Notes under the pieces: generated by a model | The model's input: the letters and a program-made list of their open reading frames with translations, nothing else | What the model was told of the DNA's origin: nothing | Database searches by the model: none | Assembly: GCA_049512795.1 (NCBI GenBank) | Contig: JBEKWT010000001.1 | Coordinates: 892-64,891 of the forward strand | Source of the DNA: Terracidiphilus sp. | GTDB lineage: Bacteria > Acidobacteriota > Terriglobia > Terriglobales > Acidobacteriaceae | Direction of reading: 5' to 3' | Length of the DNA: 64,000 bases | Shown here: positions 58,915 through 64,000 of the stretch, piece after piece | Layout: every line of letters begins with the position of its first letter | Numbering within the stretch: position 1 is the stretch's first letter | Made by a program: the position numbers and the translations under genes

Positions 58915-61900
58915 TCAATCCGAATCTTTCACTCTCACCGCGAAGAGCGCGCGATGAGCGAGAATGAACAGCGTGTGACGATCAGAGCCGCCAAAGACTA
59001 TGTCAATCGGACGCTCGGGCACGTCGATCTGGCCGATCAATTTCCCCGCCGGGTTGTAGACGAGAATTTGCCCGTTGGCAACATACACATTTCCCTGGCG
59101 ATCGACGGCGACGCTCTCGCCGCCGCGCTCCGCAAAGGGTTGGAGATCGGTCAGCGTGCCGTTGGCGGCGACCCGTGCGCTGTAGGTGCGATCTTCCGAT
59201 GCACTGCTGACGTAAACGCGCTCGCCGGGAAGAGCGGTGATGAAACCGTAGGTGTCTAGATTGTCTGAGAATCGCCAGCCGGTGGAGTCCGGAGGGCCTT
59301 GCTGGAAGACGCGGCCGGCGGGCAGGAAGACACTGCCGTCAGGCGAGACGTACTGCTTTGCCTTGGGCGTCGACACATCGTCGGCAAACATCTCGGCCAG
59401 CGTCTTGTAGGTCATTGTGTTGAAATTGAGTTGATTTCGAAACTCGCCGTTGTTCCAGTAATTGACCGGCAAAATCGCCGCCGCTGCCGGATGCGGCGAC
59501 GCGGGTTGCGGCGCGAGCACCATGATCTGATCCTCAGGTGATCCGGGGCGAAAAGAATAGACGGTTCCTTCCGGGCCTCCGGAGGAGACCACCAGCAGGT
59601 CGCCCGCCTTGTCGAATGCGAGATTGACCGGATCGAGCGGATTGTCGCGCTCAACGGTGAGCCCCTCGGTCGACGACCAGCCATAGATGCGCTGCTGATG
59701 GTGGTCGACGAAGAAGAGCTTGCCGGAAGCATCGACTGCGGCGCCGGAGATGGAGAAGAAGCCGTCTTTCAGTTTTTCCAGCTTTGCGCCAGGCGCCAGC
59801 ACGGCAGATGCGTCGGCAGCCGCGAGGATAGGCGGATCTTCGAGAATGTCGAGCACAGCGAATTCACGCTCGCGCACTTCGAGATTGTGGGTGACATCCT
59901 GGATCGCATTCTCGTAAGGGAATTTGCTGGCGCGGAGAAATGTGCCGCAGCCGTTGTCATCGCAAATGGGATAGCCGCTTTCGGCATTGATAAGCACGTT
60001 GCGGAAATGAATATTTCCCGAATGGTAAAGGCGAACGGCGGCAGGGAAGGGCGCGCGGGAACGCGTAACGCGGTAGCCATGATAGTTGGCGACGGTGATG
60101 TTCTTCGACCAGTCGAATTCGAGCGATAGCGATTCTGGGCTTTCGCCGGCCTCCTCTTCGGTCTGCGGCGCATTGATGTCCCAGTTCTCCACGTGGTTGA
60201 AGACGATCTCGTTGCGCACATGATGCTCGTTGGAAAGCTCGTAGACATGGCCCGGCGTCGTCGTGTCTGAGACATAGAAACCGGCCTGGGCGAAAGTGTC
60301 GGGAGTCCAGATGTCTGCGAACGTGCCGCCCCCTCCATGCGTCACCCAGAGGCTGGGGTATTGACCGTCCCAACGCTTGCTGAGAATGGAATCGGACGTG
60401 TGGTTATTGTTATAGGGATTGGAGCCGGATCCATGGCCGCCGAGAAAGCGCACATCATCGATGAGCGAGCCGGCGCCCGACTGCCAGAGCACGCCGACGG
60501 CACGCTGATTGATGCCGCCTGTATAAATCCCGAAACCGCTGATGATGTTGGAGCCGGTTGGGGGCGCTGAGATTACTGGCCTGGGCGCGCCCACACCCTG
60601 GAAACCCGGCGTGGAATCCTCGAGGTCGAACTCAGTCAGCGTCGGGTGCAGCCCGATGAGAACTGAGTCGGGCTTCAAGGCGAGCGTGTCGCTGATACGG
60701 TAATGCCCGCTCGGGAAATAGAGCACGCGATGCGTTGCGATGGCGTTCTGGATCGCGGCGGTGTCGTCGGTGGTTCCGTCGCCCACGACGCCGAGAGTGT
60801 GGACATTCACCCAGTCTTCAGTGGGTGGCAGCGCGGGAATGGCTGGAGGGAGCGGACGAGGCAAAGCGCTCAGCGGCGTAGCATCGTAGCGCATGCCGAT
60901 TGCGCCCGACATTCCCTCACCGGGCACGATAAGCCCGTAGTCGAAATTTGCGACCTGGTAGATCGCGCCCTCGCCAGAGATCATCTCGCCGCTCTCGCGG
61001 AAGAGAGCGAAGGTCGGCACATCGTTGAGCACCGCATCCTCGAAGCCGACTTCTGTAAGGGGGCTTTTCTCGTTGCTGATGACGACGGCAGCTTTCGACA
61101 CCTGTTCGAAGCGGCAGTCCTTGACCCACAGTTCGTCGGAATAGTGCGGATCAATATCGATAGCGACCGGCACCTTGTGGAACGTGTCGCGGATGAGCGT
61201 AAGACCCACTTCGTGTTCACGCACTGCGGCGTCGCGCTGGCCCTCGAAAACCGAATCGATGAGAGTGAACTGCCAGGCGGGGGAAGTTTTGTCGGTGAGA
61301 ATACCATAGCGCCCGCGATAGAAATGGAGATCCTCGGCCTCGTTGCCGACCTCGGTGAGTGCGGCCAGGCCCGAGCCGATATGAAAATCCATGTGACTGA
61401 GATAGGCGTGCTGGGCGACATGGAAGCGGACGGCGATGGCCGCAGGATTGCCGGCGCCAATCTCGAAGTCGATGTTGCTTATAGCCGAATAGAACGTGCC
61501 TTCGTCGGCGTCTGCCACGTTGTCGTTCGGCGGCACGCTGCCTGGGGGCGGAAACGGGACGCGCTTGCCCGTGCGGAGTATGGCGGCAGGACTCGAGCCC
61601 GCGAACATAACCATGACGCCCACGCCAGTTTGAAATCCCGGCGTGTTGTCAGGCAGCACGAAGACGGGGCGTGTGCTGCCATAGCCGATGAGACGCACGC
61701 CCGGCCAGAGATAGACGGTGCGCGTGAGCCGGTAACGGCCCGCGGGCACAAACACAATTCCCTCGCGAGCGTTGCCTTTCGCTTTGTCAATGGCGGCCTG
61801 AATCGCCGCGGTGTCGTCGTCGACACCATCACCATGCACGCCGAATTCCTGCGCCGTGAGGTACACAGCTTTGGGATCGTCAAGCCGCGTGGTGAAGGCG

Positions 61901-61962
61901 GATGAGGCTGAGGCAAAGGAAGAAACGCCAAGCAGCAGAACGCACAGCAGAGACTTTTTCAT
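58915..61962 (-). CDS. Secreted beta-helix glycosidase (two pectate_lyase_3-type repeats, GH55-like) fused to an SMP-30/gluconolactonase-like propeller
   Basis: GDGVDDDTAAIQAAID and GDGTTDDTAAIQNAI; C-terminal GESVAVDRQGNVYVA...VPERP..IVFGG. Confidence 0.8.
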   Translation of the reverse strand: MKKSLLCVLLLGVSSFASASSAFTTRLDDPKAVYLTAQEFGVHGDGVDDDTAAIQAAIDKAKGNAREGIVFVPAGRYRLTRTVYLWPGVRLIGYGSTRPVFVLPDNTPGFQTGVGVMVMFAGSSPAAILRTGKRVPFPPPGSVPPNDNVADADEGTFYSAISNIDFEIGAGNPAAIAVRFHVAQHAYLSHMDFHIGSGLAALTEVGNEAEDLHFYRGRYGILTDKTSPAWQFTLIDSVFEGQRDAAVREHEVGLTLIRDTFHKVPVAIDIDPHYSDELWVKDCRFEQVSKAAVVISNEKSPLTEVGFEDAVLNDVPTFALFRESGEMISGEGAIYQVANFDYGLIVPGEGMSGAIGMRYDATPLSALPRPLPPAIPALPPTEDWVNVHTLGVVGDGTTDDTAAIQNAIATHRVLYFPSGHYRISDTLALKPDSVLIGLHPTLTEFDLEDSTPGFQGVGAPRPVISAPPTGSNIISGFGIYTGGINQRAVGVLWQSGAGSLIDDVRFLGGHGSGSNPYNNNHTSDSILSKRWDGQYPSLWVTHGGGGTFADIWTPDTFAQAGFYVSDTTTPGHVYELSNEHHVRNEIVFNHVENWDINAPQTEEEAGESPESLSLEFDWSKNITVANYHGYRVTRSRAPFPAAVRLYHSGNIHFRNVLINAESGYPICDDNGCGTFLRASKFPYENAIQDVTHNLEVREREFAVLDILEDPPILAAADASAVLAPGAKLEKLKDGFFSISGAAVDASGKLFFVDHHQQRIYGWSSTEGLTVERDNPLDPVNLAFDKAGDLLVVSSGGPEGTVYSFRPGSPEDQIMVLAPQPASPHPAAAAILPVNYWNNGEFRNQLNFNTMTYKTLAEMFADDVSTPKAKQYVSPDGSVFLPAGRVFQQGPPDSTGWRFSDNLDTYGFITALPGERVYVSSASEDRTYSARVAANGTLTDLQPFAERGGESVAVDRQGNVYVANGQILVYNPAGKLIGQIDVPERPIDIVFGGSDRHTLFILAHRALFAVRVKDSD

Positions 61963-62001
61963 AAGAATGTTCCTTGCGAGCCTTTCGATTCTCGCGCGGC
62001 G

Positions 62002-62832
62002 CTAGGTCCGCTCGGCGGCGTGGAACTCGCGGCGAATCTTCTCAAGGTTGACGGTGGGCTTGGGGTATTTCATGTGCAGCGATTCCAGGTGCTCGACGAC
62101 GATGCGGGCGATGGCCAGATTGCGAAACCACTTGTGATTGGCGGGAATGATGAACCATGGCGCGTGCGCTGTGCTGCAGCGGGAGAGCGCATCTTCGTAG
62201 CCGGCCACGTATTCCTTCCAATAGCCGCGCTCCTTGTAATCGGCTTCGCTGATCTTCCAGTGCTTGGTGGGGTCGTCGAGGCGCTCCTTGAAGCGCTTCA
62301 GTTGTTCTTCCTTGGAGATGTGCAGATAAAACTTGAGAATGTGGGTGTTGTGATCAACGAGGTTCTTCTCGAAGTCGTTGATGAGATCATAGCGCCGGGA
62401 CCAGACTGCTTTGGGGACGAGATTATGAACGCGAACGATAAGAACGTCTTCGTAGTGAGAACGATTGAAGATGACGACTTCGCCGCAGGCGGGCGCGGGT
62501 ATGTGTGCGCGCCACAGAAAGTCGTGGGCCGCCTCTTCGGCGGAGGGTTGCTTGAACGGCGCGACGCGGCAGCCCTGTGGGTTCATGGCGCCGAGAACGT
62601 GGTTGATGGCGCCGTCTTTTCCTCCGGTGTCAAGGGCCTGAAGACAGATAAGGAGCGAATGGCGGCGTTCGGCGTAAAGCAGGTCCTGCAACTCCCGGAG
62701 CTTCTTCTGATAATGCTCGATCTCATCGGCGGCTGCCTTGTGGCTCTTTCGGCCATCATCGAACGAAGGGTCGATCTTCTTGAGCTTGACCTTGCTTCCC
62801 GGTTCGACCTTGAATTTCTGGATGTAATTCAT
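62002..62832 (-). CDS. ppk2: Polyphosphate kinase 2 family (class III-like)
   Basis: QALDTGGKDG, MNPQG, FNRSHYEDVL, WKISEAD, PWFIIPANHKW. Confidence 0.92.
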   Translation of the reverse strand: MNYIQKFKVEPGSKVKLKKIDPSFDDGRKSHKAAADEIEHYQKKLRELQDLLYAERRHSLLICLQALDTGGKDGAINHVLGAMNPQGCRVAPFKQPSAEEAAHDFLWRAHIPAPACGEVVIFNRSHYEDVLIVRVHNLVPKAVWSRRYDLINDFEKNLVDHNTHILKFYLHISKEEQLKRFKERLDDPTKHWKISEADYKERGYWKEYVAGYEDALSRCSTAHAPWFIIPANHKWFRNLAIARIVVEHLESLHMKYPKPTVNLEKIRREFHAAERT

Positions 62833-63143
62833 TTTGAATCTCCGTTTCTACTACACTGCTCCTGATTCCGTGAAGCTGCCCTCTAAAACGGAAAGCGGAT
62901 TCTGCATGAGGAGCGTCCGCTGAAACGCGGCAGCCGGCTCCACAGCAACAGAAGAAATGCTAACAGGCCGGGAGGGAGGGCGGAATTTTGGCTCCGGCAG
63001 GGATTAATGAGCAATACATAACATGCGTGTAAACAGAACTAGACTATAGTCAAGGGGCGGATGCCCACCGTGCTCGCGCCTCCGGTCGATGCGCATTTGC
63101 TGCGACGCGACGCCGGTGTCAGAACGCAGGCAAGAGGAGATCA

Positions 63144-64000
63144 ATGATGAAAAAAACGTTACCGCCAGACTTGTTGCGGAAAATGGATGCCTACTGGAGA
63201 GCCTCGAACTATCTTTCCGTGGGCCAGATTTACCTTTACGACAATCCGCTGCTCAAGCGCCCGCTCGAGATCGAAGATATCAAGCACATGCTCCTCGGGC
63301 ATTGGGGAACGACCCCGGGGCAAAACTTTATCTACACGCACTTGAACCGGGCAATCAAGAAATACGATCTCGACATGATTTATGTTTCCGGCCCAGGGCA
63401 CGGAGGACCGGCGGTGGTCAGCCACACCTACTTAGAGGGTACTTACAGCGAAATATATCCGAATATAAGTCAGGATGAAGAGGGGTTACGGAAGCTATTC
63501 ATCCAGTTTTCATTTCCAGGAGGCATTCCCAGTCACGCATCACCCGAGACTCCGGGATCGATCCACGAGGGCGGGGAGTTGGGTTATTCACTCAGCCATT
63601 CCTTCGGAGCCGTGATGGACAACCCCGACTTGATCGTTGCATGCGTGGTGGGCGACGGGGAAGCGGAGACGGGGCCGCTTGCCACCGCGTGGCACTCGAA
63701 CAAATTCATCGATGCGGCAACCGACGGCGCGGTGCTGCCCATTCTGCATCTCAACGGATACAAGATCTCCAATCCCACCGTGCTGGCGCGCATCACGCAC
63801 GAAGAGCTGGAGCAACTCCTGCTCGGCTATGGTTGGACGCCTTATTTCGTTGAAGGGCACGAACCGGATCTGATGCACGAGGCCATGGCGGCGACGCTCG
63901 ACCGCGCGGTGGAAGAGATCAAGAGGATTCAGCAAGACGCCCGCGTTCACGGGAAGATAGCTCGTCCGCGCTGGCCGATGATCGTTCTCAACTCTCCCAA
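63144..64000 (+). CDS. xfp: Phosphoketolase (XFP), 5' part; runs off the window
   Basis: After GAGGAG: MMKKTL...[17 protein letters not shown]...[10 protein letters not shown]...GPGHG...[12 protein letters not shown]...GDGEAETG. Confidence 0.93.
   Translation, partial: MMKKTLPPDLLRKMDAYWRASNYLSVGQIYLYDNPLLKRPLEIEDIKHMLLGHWGTTPGQNFIYTHLNRAIKKYDLDMIYVSGPGHGGPAVVSHTYLEGTYSEIYPNISQDEEGLRKLFIQFSFPGGIPSHASPETPGSIHEGGELGYSLSHSFGAVMDNPDLIVACVVGDGEAETGPLATAWHSNKFIDAATDGAVLPILHLNGYKISNPTVLARITHEELEQLLLGYGWTPYFVEGHEPDLMHEAMAATLDRAVEEIKRIQQDARVHGKIARPRWPMIVLNSP

Overview
GC-rich bacterial window. The gene types (Oar-like TonB receptors, TPR/CRTAC1 proteins, TolB-TPR regulator) suggest Acidobacteriota; this is an inference. 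The left end is core genome: purS with a frameshift, ppa, an APC permease and tRNA-Ser(GCT). The last 24 nt of the tRNA recur exactly at 41785-41808, delimiting a ~38.4-kb island devoted to glycan and rare-sugar use. The island holds two RbsD/FucU mutarotases, an aldo-keto reductase, a YphC-like dehydrogenase, three GH29s, a FucP-type permease, a PhyH dioxygenase plus TIM-barrel isomerase, a glycyl-radical enzyme (GRE) with its activase, two GH43 arabinanases, two TonB receptors and LacI/AraC regulators. After the att repeat come a decayed integrase N-terminus, a third TonB receptor, GH30-like and GH31 enzymes, and a two-gene SIR2-like/TIR + membrane STAND NTPase module. The window ends with gad, a GH55-like/lactonase fusion, ppk2 and the start of phosphoketolase. 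There are two best candidates for undescribed biology. (1) A coupled pseudo-SIR2-TIR protein and a transmembrane nSTAND1 receptor with ~20 YD-like repeats and a PDZ-like tail. (2) A rare-sugar catabolic locus combining a GRE with a non-canonical GCQWY Cys loop and two GH29s that have lost the fucose-O4-binding histidines. All calls come from reading motifs by eye; no searches were run.
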